A DNA stretch of 64,000 nucleotides from Eledone cirrhosa (Eukaryota). The position numbers and the translations under genes are program-made. The notes under the pieces were generated by a model. The model had not been told where the DNA came from. It ran no database searches and worked only from the letters and a program-made list of their open reading frames with translations. Of the stretch, positions 38,863 to 52,790 are shown in pieces (positions within the stretch are counted from its first letter, which is position 1; every line of letters begins with the position of its first letter). The stretch covers positions 292,330,001-292,394,000 of the forward strand of contig OZ024741.1 in assembly GCA_964016885.1 (NCBI GenBank), written 5' to 3'.

Positions 38863-39885
38863 ATATATATATATATATAAATGTTTTATGTTTTGTATTT
38901 TATCTGATGATAGTGTACAAATATTTTCTACTGGGACGTAATGAATTTTCTACAATTAAAAATCACGCACACACTTAAATTTCAATAACATAATAGAAAT
39001 GGATACCTTTGTAAAAGTATCTGTAAAATTTCATTAGAAACTATACATTATTTTACAAAAAATGGTTGTGAAGAAACAAAATTTGGTGAGGGCACCAAAC
39101 TATATAGTCATGCCAAATCATTTTTGTGTTTGTGAGAAGATTGGATTTTACTGTACATGCATGTAGGGATTATTATTAAAACATATCACGGGTATAAATA
39201 GAAAAGAAGGACTGAGCTTACAGGTATAATATTGAACTACAATTAACGAATACGATTAAATTTGAACCTTCACCATTTTTCTTTAGCACTGTAAGCACCA
39301 AAGTAAAACACGTAATTTTCTTTAAAATTACACCCGTCTATATTTATTATATATGTTTATATTTTCATTCTGAAAGAATTTTGAACAATTTGTAATGCTA
39401 TTTATATAACTGTGAATACAATTTCACTATTTCAAGTGAGACGGTTGTAATTGTAAACTCCAAAAGTGCCCTCCTACCCCAATGAATTAAGAAACGAACA
39501 GCTCTCAGTTTTGGAGGTCAGGTTTATTTAAAACATCATAAAAATACAAGAAAAACAATTTTCACCTCCAATGTAAAAATAAAAAATAAATAAAATTACT
39601 TTTTAAATTTTATTAACATAATTGCTATGTATACACCTTCGAAAATCTGTCTGCAACGTTTCATTAGAAAGGAAATGCATTCTAGAGAAGGTTATGAAGA
39701 AAATAAGATGGTGTCGGGCATTAAACTAATTTTGCTGATGAAAATATATTCGATAAAATCAAGTGTTTTTTTAAACTAAATTTTACATTTCCATAGAGAT
39801 AGGATCTTAAAATGTGACCGTTTTCTTCATGGTCAGAAAATACTTCAACCCCCCAAAAACTAGATCATTTTTAAAATAAAAAAGA

Positions 39886-40060
39886 AATAATTGTTTTTAT
39901 TTTTGGCACAAGGCCAGCAATTATCCCAGTGCATTACTGGTGATTTATTTTATCGACCCCTTAAGGATGAAAGGCAAAGTTAACCTTGGCGGAAATGGAA
40001 CTGAGATCGCAAATGGGGCGTAACTCTATGCTGCAAAGCATGGCGTCCACACCTCTACCA
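39886..40060 (-). mobile_element. Meta-type SINE
   Basis: Homologue of 3748-3940. Confidence 0.8.
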
Positions 40061-40414
40061 ATAAAAAATACAAAAATACAAAGTATTTCTAGGAAACTAA
40101 ATGTTGTAAATAGTATATATGAATGGATACTATCATATGTGCAAAATAGTTACGACGAAATCTATATTTCCATAAAAATTCATGTCTGTACGAACAGAAT
40201 AATAACTCTCTAGATGTATTGCGTAATCTCTTGAAAATTTTCTTTGCTAATTGCCATGTATTCTCAATATTCTGTGTACACGGTGTTGGACTTAGCTATA
40301 GCTAAGATCAACACACCCAGTGGGGCTTCATTCTTTAACATATATTTTTTATTTTATCATTAAGTTTTATTCTTTAACACCAAATCTTAAAGAATTCTAT
40401 ATATATTATTCTTT

Positions 40415-40605
40415 GCGGCGGATTGGCAGTATCGGTAGAGGGTCTGACGCCATGCCTTGCACAAACAGTTACGGCCCTTTATGGTCTGAGGTCAAATCCC
40501 GCCGAGGTTAACTTTGCCTTTCATCCTTACGGGGTCGATAAAATAAAGTACCAGTAATACACTGGAATAATTGCTGGCCTTGTGCCAAAAGTAGAAACAA
40601 TTATT
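40415..40605 (+). mobile_element. Meta-type SINE
   Basis: Homologue of 3748-3940. Confidence 0.85.
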
Positions 40606-41084
40606 CTTTACCATTGATATTAATATGAATTAATTTTTTTTTGTTAATGAATGGTTTCAGAGAAGGGCTTCAAATTTCATATAGCTTAGGGTCTCAGCAG
40701 GTGCAAGTCCGGCCGTGTGTATATGAAAGTATATTGGTGTCATCATGCAGGGTACAAAGTTCTGCTCATAAACAACGGTGTCATGAATGTAAACACCATC
40801 TGTCATTTGATTGAAATTCCGTACATTTGTCTGCTATCTGATACCGTCCAGATTCTTGGCAAAGAAAGACAGATATATCGTCCAATTTCATTTCATTGTC
40901 TACTATATTAGACTCTATTCTATGCGAAGACCATTTATTTTATGATATTTCATTAATTCCACTTTTTAACGTTATTCTGACTTATCTCATTTCGTAATTT
41001 TTGTACTTGTCGTTACCCACGAGTACAATCTATCTTGTATAACATAGTAAAATTAGTTAATTAAAGTTCAAGTCTGTTCTAAGC

Positions 41085-41305
41085 CAAATGCTTATCCCCA
41101 GTTTCTTTGGCACTAAGTGACTGAGAGTACATGACTCTTCCTGGGTGGGACACCAGTCTCTAGTAGGTTTAACTCCCTAGCTGAATGTATTAGAGCAACG
41201 TGAAATAAAGTGTTTTGCTGAAGAACACAACACAGCAGCCTGTCCAGGAATTGAACCAGCAACATTATGATCTGCATCAAGCATCCTAACCATTAGGACC
41301 AATGT
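41085..41305 (-). mobile_element. tRNA-derived CORE-like SINE, different tail subfamily
   Basis: GAGCAACGTGAAATAAAGTGTTTTGCT..GAACACAAC and GGAATTGAACC; partial relatives at 5400-5570 and 51003-51115. Confidence 0.6.
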
Positions 41306-41755
41306 ATCTATCTATATACTACTAAAACTCTGTGATTGCTTGCTTGCTTGTCTGTAATGTAATACAGCCAAAAGGGACATAATGGGAAAATACTTTGAAA
41401 GGAAGTTGACCCTGAAATGGGAATACAAATGGAATAAAACAAGTTTCGCATAAATTGGAGCACGGGTTTCCGAGATTTTTCGAGAACCTTCATAAACAGA
41501 GGGAGAAGGATAGAGAGAAAGAGATATTGATTGTGAGAGAGTAGATTGATAGACATAGAGAGAGAGAGAGGAAGAGGAGACAGAGAAGGAGAATGGAAGA
41601 GAGCTGGTGGTGGTGTTGTGTGTGTATATATATATGTGTGTGTCTGACCAGTGTATATAGATCACACACTCACATATATATATACACATACATATATATA
41701 TGTATAGAAACACGCACATTTATATATATATATATATATATATATACATACACAC

Positions 41756-41802
<47 letters not shown>

Positions 41803-41899
41803 CCAATTTCATTTTATATTACATACATGTCTGTGTATATTTTACCCAATGGCTCACGGGTGGTCTAGTAATATTTAAAGTTAGACTAATAATAATTAA

Positions 41900-42175
41900 A
41901 TCAAACAAAAGCAGAGATCACAGCTCCGATATTACAGGCATGTGGATAGAATGTCTCAGAGAAGAGTCGCTGGACTGATTTTACGGGCAAAACCAACTGG
42001 CAGGAGATCCAGGGGTAGACTCCGAGCAAGATGGTTGAATAACATCCATGAACTTGGCTGGTCTCGCTTGGGGATCCAGCTGGAGTAGTTGGAGATGGGT
42101 GCTTCTGACAGGACCCACTGGCAGGATTGTTTGAGGACACTGCTCCCACTACCATCTCAGGAATGAGTGGGCAAA
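41900..42175 (+). pseudogene. Second, older RTE family: C-terminal fragment
   Basis: LRYY.HV.RMSQ...AKPTGRRSRGR.RARWL.NI; homologue at 63220-63650. Confidence 0.7.
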
Positions 42176-44261
42176 GAAGAAAAAAGGGAGAGGAAAAGAA
42201 AAAGAAAATAGAGAATTAAGCAATGAAGGAAAGGGAGAGAAGTAGGGAGAGGAAAACACTACACCCCAGCCTGAGTAGTGATTTGACCATGCCTCTCAGA
42301 CAGAATGGTAAAGCCATTGCTACAGAGAATGGCCTGTGATACCTTCTACAACAGCCACTGAACCTCACAGGGTTCCTTCTTCAGGATTTTACAGAGGAAT
42401 TCAGCAGTATAGGGACCAAGGATACCAGAGGTCTTGATAGTGACCAATATAAAAACCCAAGTATTTGTTTATCTTCCTCTCCTCTCTGCATTGCGGATCG
42501 CAGTGCCTGGGTTTGTAGACAAAGCAACAAGGTTGGAGGCAGAGAACAAGTCACAACACATCACTATACTATTCTAGTTCCCTAACTATCTTTACTTACC
42601 TATCAACATACCCAACAAGGTAGCTATCGACATGGGTGTCTATCTAACCATCTAGTCTGCTTGCCTGGCTGTCTATACACTTGTGTGTGTAGAAAATATG
42701 TATATATATATGTATGTATATATATGTGTGTGTTTACATATAAGTGTATGTATATATATATATAATATATATATATATGTGGGTGTGTGTGTATTTCATT
42801 TTTGCTGGTTTGTGCTTCTATATTTTATATTTAATTTTTATATTATTTAACTTGTTTACACTTGGCTATTGGGAAATATTAAGGTCAAATAAAGTAAAAA
42901 ATAATAGCGGTAGCAGCAACAACAAAAAGCGAATGGGGGAAAAAAAGGCAAATTGATTTATTCAAATCTGCAAAGGGTGGTGGTTGCCTGGTGATGGCGG
43001 GATGGGACCTCCATTTTACTAGAAATTTCATAATTTGATTTTCTTTAGAATAACTGAAAAATTCAAATCAATGGTATTTTAGAATTTTTATTTCATCTCA
43101 AACAAAAACAAAAAAAGTGTAAATAATTTTTTGAAAAATCACAAAAAGGAAGAAATATGATGCTGGAATTTTATTTGAATAATTAAGTTTTTTTTTTTAA
43201 ATAATGGTTTAAATCAAAATACAGATAATGATATATGTGTACATGATGTATAAATGCCTGTAAATACATATAGACACAGGCTCATGGTTACATACACATG
43301 TATGTGTGTGAGTGTTTGTGTGTATATATGTGTATGTTTGTGTGTGTGAATGAATTTATCAACACATGCACATAAACATACACATATATCTATATTGAGA
43401 AAACTCATGCATGTATACATACACAACTACATTTATCTGTGCACACAACTACACCTACATGCATATAATCTCATGCTTGCTCATACACATCTATTGAGTC
43501 TTCCACACAATAAACATATTTACTGTCAAAAATAAAGACAATAATAATATAATTTTTAATTTAAAATGTTTTATTCAGATAGTTGTTTTAAAAATAGATT
43601 ATCATAAAAGAAAATTACAATACAACTTTTATATTTATTTAATTATTATATCAATTATATGTTTAATTTTAATAATTTCATCTTTTATTTTTAATATTAT
43701 AATTATTAATATTTAGTTTTATTGTTTCAATTTCTATTTTTGCCTTTGGCTTTTAGAATTGGAATTCAGCAAAATACTACCACACACACACACACACACA
43801 CAACTATATTATGTCCTGTATATATATATATATATATATTTGTGTGCATGTGCATGTGTGTATTTATAAAATTCTGTATTGTAATGGATAAGGAATGAAT
43901 ACAGAATATTTCTAATTATCATTAGTAATTATTTTATTCAACCAAAGATAATGTTTAATGAAAGACTAACCAACAGCCTTGTTTAATGTGGATTGTTAAT
44001 AGAATATTCTAGAAATTTCAACATCTGGCTTTATAATGAATTATACAAACTACCCCACCTACCCCACCCGACCAGGTGTATACCCCACCCATCGATATAC
44101 GAGGCTGTATTTTTAACATTTATTTCATAGTTTGTAAAACCTGATTAACTTCTGGAATGCATAGGGTACACACACACATGAGGCCAGCATGGAAAGAGAC
44201 ATTAAAGTAATGATGTATATGCACATGTATTTGTAACTATATACACATATATATATACATA

Positions 44262-44302
<41 letters not shown>

Positions 44303-44324
44303 ACCCGACCCGCCACGGGTACAA

Positions 44325-44637
44325 GCCGAAGCTGAAGCATATAGACAATATGCCCCCACACCCTCCCTCTGCAAAGTGGTCGTGGAGGTGCCATGGCAAA
44401 AAAATCACCCAGCCCACACTGTAAAGTGGACGTGTAGGCGCCATGGAAAAAAGCACCCAGCACTCACTGTAAATGAGGTTGGTGTTAGGAACGGCATCCA
44501 GCTGTAGAAATCAAGCCAGAATCAGTTCCCATATGGGCAAGACAAGGTCAGCCGACCGGACACTGCCCACAACAGGACAACCCGTCTAACCCATGCTAAC
44601 GTGGAAGAACGGACATAAAACGGTGATGATGATGATG
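44325..44637 (+). mobile_element. RTE 3' UTR-only fragment
   Basis: Matches 10085-10346 including the (GAT)n tail. Confidence 0.8.
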
Positions 44638-44899
44638 TATATATATATATATATTCATCATCATTTAGTTTAACCCTTTAATATTTAAACCAGCCATATC
44701 CGGCCAGAATTCTCTCCCCTTTTTCTGTTCAAACTGGCTGTATCCGGCTGCCCATACTGATAGTACAGTGATGTTTTCAAAATAAATAACATCATCAAAA
44801 TCTCATAGCTTTGATATGTGAGATAATTATATGAGATAAAGCCTTTACTGCAAAAGTCCATTAGTGTATATAGTGTAATGTAAATGCTAAAGAGTTAAT

Positions 44900-46720
44900 G
44901 TCTATTTTCAATTGGTTAAGCTGGTTATCACGATAGACAAGCCAGGTAAGCTGACCATATCTTGCTCATATGGATCTATTCTTGATTTGGTTTCTACAGC
45001 TGGATACCCTTCTTAACGCCAACCACACTACAACGTGGATTGAGTGCTTTATAATGTGGCCCCAAAATTACCATCTAACTGATTGGACTATGTGTTTTCT
45101 TTTATTGTCACTGGCATGAACAGTTTACAGGGTCGACAGAGCTTTTTTGTTTTCACCAGCACAACCATGGACTGGGTGTTTTTGCTGTAATGTCATCTGC
45201 CGACCAGCATACAGTGTGGGCTAGGTGCTTTTGTTGTGGATGCATTACTGTAGGTGAGCAGGTCGGGAGCATGCCCAGCCTTCCTTAATTGTTTCATGGA
45301 GTGGACAAGAGAGGTGTATCAGGGTTGTGGAAGAAGGTGGTTAGGGAAATGAGAATGCATGATAGGGATAGAAGAGGCAATGTGGGTAGTCTAAGGTGGG
45401 ATATTAGCTGGAGAGTGGGAATGGATGAGCATTAAGATGGGAGAAGGTGTAAGGAGGAAGGAGAAGATTGATATAGACTAGTGTCCTCTACATGTTTATT
45501 TCTTACAGTGGAGTATAGCATATTCTCCTTTAAGAGGTTTAGTTGTGCCAGGTTAATTTTTATCATCTTATCCCAAGCTTCCCTAGGTCTTACTCTTTCA
45601 TAGTTTCTATCAACTTGAAATACTTTACACCTTTTTATACAGCTGTGATCCTCCATGTGCGTCACATAGCCATATCACTACAATCTTCTCTCCTGCATAC
45701 AGCATCTGACCCTTCTTAAGCCCAGTTTATCTCTCAGTTCATTGATGCTTCACCGTTCATCTTCACTACTATTATACTTCTATTGGATCATGCAAGCTTC
45801 ATTTCTTCCAATCATTATAGGTTCTCTGCTTACAGCACCCAGATCTCACTTCCATGCAGCATTACTGTCTATACACAAGCATCATACAATCAGACTTTCA
45901 TTTTGAAGGAAAAAACTTTTGTTACTAGAAGTGATAGTAGGTTCCACAACTTTTTCCATCATGTTCTCACTGGCTACTGTACTTTCAAAGCATCCACCTC
46001 CACTGCTAATGTCGTCATCCAGGCAGAGCTCACTGAGAATTTGATAGAGCTTGTTTCCTGTGAGCTCTTACTGCTCCTGTGCATCTAAAGAGAGACTGTA
46101 TACATGTTTACAACCATCAGTATCTTGACTTTTGTTGAGGATAAAATCTATTGATTTATAGTTTATCAAGTAGTTAGCTGGTTTTCTGAAGTTTATGTTA
46201 CAGTGAGTTAGATTATTAGAATAGCAGAATTCCAGGAGCTTTGATCCCTCATCATTTCTTTTATAAATCTAAAGCCTCTATAGACCCTATAAAATCTATT
46301 ACAGTGTTGCCCAACATGTGTCCATTCAAGTTGCCATTCATGATTATGAAGTCGCTATCACTTGTTAAAGAAGTAGTCTGCATTATAGATTCGTAAAAGT
46401 CTTTTTTAATTCATATGATGAGATGATACATATAATCATATGTACAGGGAGTGACTTTTATTTCTTGGATGAAATTTCATAAAATTAATAGAAAATTTAT
46501 TATTTAGTCAAAGAAAGAAAAAGTAGCATTGCAAAAGACTTTAAAGGAGAGGACAATGAGGGAAAGGGCAAGGAATATTAGGCATTGACAAAATAGGGGG
46601 ATAATTATCACAGTTCTTCTATATAGGATTAACCTAAGTTTAATGATTCTGTTGTTCAATCTATTTCCCATAATTACCTTAACTACCCATTTTTCTGCTA
46701 ACAGAATATCTACTTCACCC
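44900..46720 (-). pseudogene. Heavily decayed, internally deleted RTE LINE
   Basis: 3' UTR at 44900-45250, RT C-terminus at 45500-46030 (homologous to copy 1), endonuclease-like remnants near 46300-46720. Confidence 0.65.
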
Positions 46721-46724
46721 CTGG

Positions 46725-47209
46725 ATGAGTGGGCACTTGGGGTTATCTGACTTGCCCAACTTGACTAAATTTGTATCTGAGGGTAGGAGATCATAGACTG
46801 ATCAGAGGGGAAAACTGATTCTGAGAGGTGCTATATGCCACAAGTCATTTTAGCTGAGGCACTTCTGGCGGGCACCTTCCCACATCATCCATTGGCCTTG
46901 TATTGCCTTCTGGAGTCTTCTGGAATCCTCTTCTTTCTTTACCTCCTGTAAAATCAGATCTCTCCTCATCTTTCCCTTGGCCCCTGACCACTGTTCCATT
47001 TTTGTCACACCCAGTCCTTACCTAGTAGATTGTGTGTGTCACATTACATCCCTGATCATAAGGCTTTCTTTTGCTGCATATACCGTCTCCTGGAGCTTCT
47101 GTTTTCTGCTCATCTTCTGCTTGGGCTGGATTGACCGCACAACCTTGTCTTCTGAGTTCTTAAGCATGGTCAAGAGCCTTGCTTTTCCGACTTTGTACTC
47201 CTCAATCAT

Positions 47210-47210
<1 letters not shown>
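46725..47210 (-). pseudogene. HERO-like retrotransposon fragment
   Basis: EEYKVGKARL..MLKNSEDKVV..., GLG and DLWHI motifs; homologous to 11695-11850. Confidence 0.7.
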
Positions 47211-47243
<33 letters not shown>

Positions 47244-47301
47244 TATAGCTAGCATGGAAAGCAGTCATTAAAATGATGACAATGAGGATGGTGTGTGTAT
47301 A

Positions 47302-49940
47302 TCATCATCATCATCATCATCATCAACGTTTAACGTCCGTGTTCCACGCTTGCATGGGTTTGGACGGGGGTAGTCCCACTTGAGGCAAGAGTGATTGTCT
47401 TGCTCGCATAGGACTGTCTGGCAGGTTTTCTACAGTTGGATGCCCTTCCTAACACCAACCACATTTACAGTGTGGGTCTGGGAGGTTTTTACCGTGTTGC
47501 CTACATGGCCACATTACAGCGTGGACTGTGTGTTTTTTTTGTCGTGACACCTACACGATCTCATTTGTTTCGGCCTGGATGGCGCGGCACCAACATAACT
47601 TTACATAGAACGGGGTGGTGTGGATGGGGTGGGGGTGGTGGTGGTGGGACGGGGTGTATTTTGTTAGAGATGCCTACTGGCTGTAGTAGGTTTTACTATG
47701 TATTTAGGTAAGGCGGGTCTTCTCTGTTACTGAGTACCGCCAAAGGTCTCAGTCCAGTGACATTGTCTTGGAGAGGTGTAAGTGTGTGAGTTCGGAGTTT
47801 ATCAGCTCGTCCCAGGTTTTTCTAGGTCTGCCTATTCCGTGGCTACCGTCTATCTTTATTTCCCTGCACTTTGTTATACAGCTATCGACTTTCATGCGCA
47901 TCACGTGTCCATACCAACGTAGCCTTCTCTCGAGTAAACAACATCTGATCCCTCTTATTTCTAATTTTTTCCTTAGTTCGTTTATGCTTTGCCGTTCACG
48001 TATATTACTATTACACATCCAGCGGAGCATGCAAGCTTCGTTCCTCTCTAGTCTGCATATATCCTCTGCACACAATGCCCAGGTCTCACTGCCATGCAAC
48101 ATTGCTGTTCGTATGCAGGCATCGTACAACCTGCCTTTCATTTTTAGGGAGAACCCTTTAGCAGCTAATAGTGGTATAAGCTCTCTGAACTTTTTCCAAC
48201 CAGTTCTGACTCTAGCTACAGTACTTTCAGAGCACCCTCCCCCACTGCTGATTTTATCGCCCAGGTAACGGAAGCTGTCCACTATTTCTATAGAACCCTC
48301 TGCGCAATTGAAAGAGCTAGTATTTGGTGGGCACTTGCTGCTACTTATTGCACCAGAGCACCGGCCACATGTAAAATCTATGTTCTTAGTTAGCTTACCT
48401 GTGATCCCACTACATCTTTTATGCACCCATACTTTGCATTTAGGACATAAAATGGAGTTTCTACCTACGCCTTTCCTACACACCGAGCACAACCATTTCC
48501 CAGAAGGGACCGCCGCCTTATTTTCTTTCCTACAAACTAGAACTTTAGTCTTAGCCAGGTTAATTTTAAGTCCTTTTGATTCTAGGCCGTGCTTCCATGT
48601 TTGGAATTTCTTCTCTAGCTCGGCCATTGATTCCGCTATGAGTGTCAGGTCGTCTGCGTATAGGAGTTCCCATGCGCAGCCGGTCTTGAACTCCTCCGTT
48701 ATAGACTGAAGGGCAATAATAAATAGTAGGGGGCTGAGAACAGAGCCCTGATGGACGCCAACTTTTACGCTAAACTCTTCACTATATTCGTTGTTAATTC
48801 TAACCTTGCTGACTGTTTCTTTATACATGGCTTGTATAGCTCTCACAAGCCATTCGTCAACGCCTAGTTTTCTAAGAGCCCACCAGATAATGGAGCGGGG
48901 GACTCTGTCGAAGGCTTTCTCCAAGTCGACAAAAGCTAAGTAGAGGGGTTTACCTTTAGCTAGGTACTTCTCCTGTAGTTGTCGTACAAGGAAAAGAGCG
49001 TCTGTGGTACTTTTGCCTGACACAAACCCGAACTGCATTTCATCTAGGTCAATTCTCTCTCTGATTAGTTGCGCTATTACTTTTTCCGTGACCTTCATGA
49101 CCTGGTCAATTAATTTAATGCCTCTATAGTTCATCCTATCTAGGGCGTCTCCTTTACCCTTATAACAGTTAACGATGATGCTGCTATGCCAGTCCTTCGG
49201 AACAACCCCATTCTGTACGACTTGGTTAACTATGCCAGATGCCTAACCCTAACCCTAACCCTAACCCTAACCCTAACCCTAGATGCCTTCAGCATCTCAG
49301 CAACTATTTCCGAAGGCCCAGCCGCCTTACCCGTCTTCATATCCTTGATTGCCTTACTTATTATACTCACCTCGACTAACACTGCTGGTCCCTCTATTGG
49401 GTCGATATAGGGGAGACTGTCTTTCTCCCATTTATTCTCCTAATTTAATAGCCTTTCATAGTGACACTTCCAAGCTACCTTCTTATCAGCGTCGGTGATG
49501 GCAAGTATGCCATCATCGTTAAGTACACACTTCTCCCCGACAATATCACGGTTTTCCTTGACGCATTGCCTAGCAATCCTGAACACCTCACGTTTTTGGT
49601 CCTCGCGCTGTAGAACATGCTTGAACTTTCTTTCCTCAGCTTCCCTTCTTGCTAAGTACACTTGTCTCCTAGCTTCCCTCCTGGCCACTTGATAGTCTTC
49701 TCTACTTCCCCCATCCCGCCATACTTTCCAAGCCTGCTTTTTGGCCTTAATTGACCCCTCCACCTTACTGTTTCACCACCATGTTACTCTCCTCCTGCCT
49801 ACAGGCCTGCTCCAGCCACAGACTTCGTCTGTCGCCATCAGCAGGTTTGCTTTCAGAAATTCCCACTGTCCCTCTATATTGTCCGACTCTAAATGTTCTT
49901 CCTTACTGTCGAAAGCATCAAGTAATATACTTTGAAATTT
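47302..49940 (-). mobile_element. RTE LINE copy 3 (inverted; telomeric insertion and frameshifts)
   Basis: Near-identical to 538-3161; ORFs 47749-49134 and 49440-49763; (GAT)n tail at 47302-47325. Confidence 0.95.
49245..49280 (-). repeat. Interstitial telomeric repeat (TTAGGG)6
   Basis: (AACCCT)6 flanked by AGATGCCT at 49237-49244 and 49281-49288. Confidence 0.95.
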
Positions 49941-50025
49941 ATATATATATATATATATATATAGTAAGAATATTTTCGAAACATATACCATCATCATCGT
50001 TTTAATGACTGCTTTCCCTGCTAGC

Positions 50026-50150
<125 letters not shown>

Positions 50151-51149
50151 GTATATATATATATACAGAGAGAGAGAAGACCTAAAACCTTAAAAGAATA
50201 TTTAGTATTCTGTGGAATAAAAAAGAAAAAAAATTAACCATGAAAGGTGAATTAAAGAGTTCTGGTGATTTAAACATGCTGTGACCAAATTACTTTAAAA
50301 TACCACTATAATGATGATGATAATAATAATAATAACTCTCCTACAAATTACATCCCTGCCAGACAGGGAGAGAGAGCAGTTGAGAAAGAAAGTAAGTTCT
50401 TGGCTTAAATACATTATCTTTTGTCAATCTACTCCACCCCACTCTATCTTAAGAAAAAAAAACAAAAAACCTTTCTATCAGTCAATATTTAAAAGTATTT
50501 TATATACTCATAAAATATTTCCAATAAAGTTTCTACACGCTAACCTTGTAAGTAAAAATAATAATAAATATAATAAAATGAAATTTAGTACCTTTCAAAT
50601 AATTTTATAGCTAATAATAACTGAAAAATATTATTTAGTTATTTTAGAAATTGATGTAAATTATAAATATTGGAAAATTTCAATTGATCTGTTGATCTTA
50701 AGATTTAGATATTTTGATTTTTGATTTTTTTTATGAGTCACTCTTTGGTTTGCTGGAATATTGCCAGTAATTTTACAGTTTTCATTTCAATTTAATATTC
50801 TTATGGTGCCTGTAGAGAATGATTTCCTTTTTTCTAATATTAAAAATTTGTATGTGTATTGTATATAATATATATGTTGGTATATTATTTGTGATGATAT
50901 ATATATATATCGACAGTCAATCGACTTTCATCAAATTGGACCGAGCAAACAGTGTTTCCATTGGTCTTTCCAATGGCTAATGCTATCCATCGGTCTAGAA
51001 GGAGCAACGTGAAATAAAGTGTCTTGCTCAAGGACATAACACATCGCCTAATCTAGGAATCGAAGTCATGACGTCATGATTGCGAAACCAATTCTCTAAC
51101 CACTCAGCCATGCACCTTCACATATATATATATGTGTGTGTGTGTGTGC

Positions 51150-52790
51150 ACATACATATATATCATGGGTACAACCCTTGGTATCAAGGGAAGCAGATGT
51201 TAAGTATATCTCTTAAATATGTGTGTGTATGTGTGTGTAGATACACACACATATATCATAGGTTCAACCCTTGGTAGCAAGGGAAGCAGATGTTAAGTAT
51301 ATCCTCTTAAATATGTGTGTGTACATACACACACATATATCGTAGGTACAACCCTTGGTAGCAAGAGAAGTAAATGTTAAGTATATCCTTTTAAAGACTC
51401 AAATTGCATCAACTTCTTTTTCCTATATTTTTACCCATGTGAGATATATAAAAGAAACTTACTTTCTTATATAAGATCCTGTAATGTATTCAATGTCCAT
51501 TTTTCTATGTCGGCATGGTTTGGGTGGGTCATCACAGATGAAGTAAGTACTTAATTGGAGCTGTGCCCTCTAGATGGCCCGGGTGACATATCTTGCTTAC
51601 ACACATTCCAGTTTTGGTATGGGTTCTACAGCTAATGCTCTTCCTATCACCAGCAACCCTACAGAGTGTAACTTGTGCATTTTATTGTAACGTCCAAAAA
51701 AGAAGCAACATAGTCACTACTTTAAAAATGATAGCGCAAGGTCTTCAAAATGTTCTTAATTAAGCATATGGTATATTGCCAAATATACTATACATACATG
51801 GAGGCACATGGCTTAGTGGTTAGAGCATTAGCCTTGCAATCGAAAGGTTGTGAGTTCAATTCTCAGACCGGGTGATGTGTTGTTTCCTTGAGCAAGACAC
51901 TTTATTTCACATTGCTCCAGTTTACTCAGCTGTAGAAATGAGATGATAGGACTGGGGTCCATATCATTCCACTGCAAAGTGGTTGTGGAGGTGCCACAGC
52001 AAAAAAGCACCCAGCACTCTCTATAAATGAGGTTGGTGTTAGGAAGGGCATCCTGCTGTAGAAATCAAGCCAGCATCAGTTCCTGTCCCACCCTTGCAAG
52101 CAGGGAAAAGTGGACGTAAAATGAAATGATGATGATGATGATACATTCATGTATACATCGCTATTTCAGAGTACCAATCCTAATACCATATATATATATA
52201 TATATATTAAACAATATATTCTGTAAAGTGGTTGGCATTAAGATGAGCATTCATGTGTAGAAGCCATGCCAAACTAAGTGATGGGAGGACGCTTTAGTTG
52301 TATGAAGTACATGAAAACCTCAGTGTGGACGTTACAATAAAATGCACAAGTTACACTCTGTAGGGTTGCTGGTGATAGGAAGAGCATTAGCTGTAGAACC
52401 CATACCAAAACTGGAATGTGTGTAAGCAAGATATGACACCCGGGCCATCTAGAGGGCACAGCTCCAATTAAGTATTTACTTTATCTGTGATGACCCACCC
52501 AAACCATGCCGACAGAAAAATGGACATTGAATACATTACAGGATCTTATATAAGAAAGTAAGTTTCTTTTATATATCTCACATGGGTAAAAATATAGGAA
52601 AAAGAAGTTGATGCAATTTGAGTCTTTAAAAGGATATACTTAACATCTGCTTCTCTTGCTACCAAGGGTTGTACCTACGATATATGTGTGTGTATGTACA
52701 CACACATACACACACATATTTAAGAGATATACTTAACATCTGCTTCCCTTGCTACCAAGAGTTGAACCTATGATATATGTATATATGTGT
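51150..52790. repeat. ~450-bp local inverted duplication plus ~90-bp tandem units
   Basis: 51245-51696 is mirrored at 52326-52785; unit GTACAACCCTTGGTA..GAAGCAGATGTTAAGTATATC occurs 3 times on + and twice on -. Confidence 0.9.
51800..52142 (+). mobile_element. CORE-like SINE followed by an RTE-type tail
   Basis: GGAGGCACATGGCTTAGTGGTTAG head, core, then CACTGCAAAGTGG...GGACGTAAAATG(ATG)n. Confidence 0.75.

Noticed and set aside
49245-49280. Chromosome end or telomere-targeting retroelement
   Set aside because: Only six repeats, internal to the LINE, with colinear LINE sequence on both sides.
51150-51390. CRISPR-like repeat-spacer array
   Set aside because: Eukaryotic context, the spacers are only (TG)/(CA) microsatellite, and there are no cas genes.
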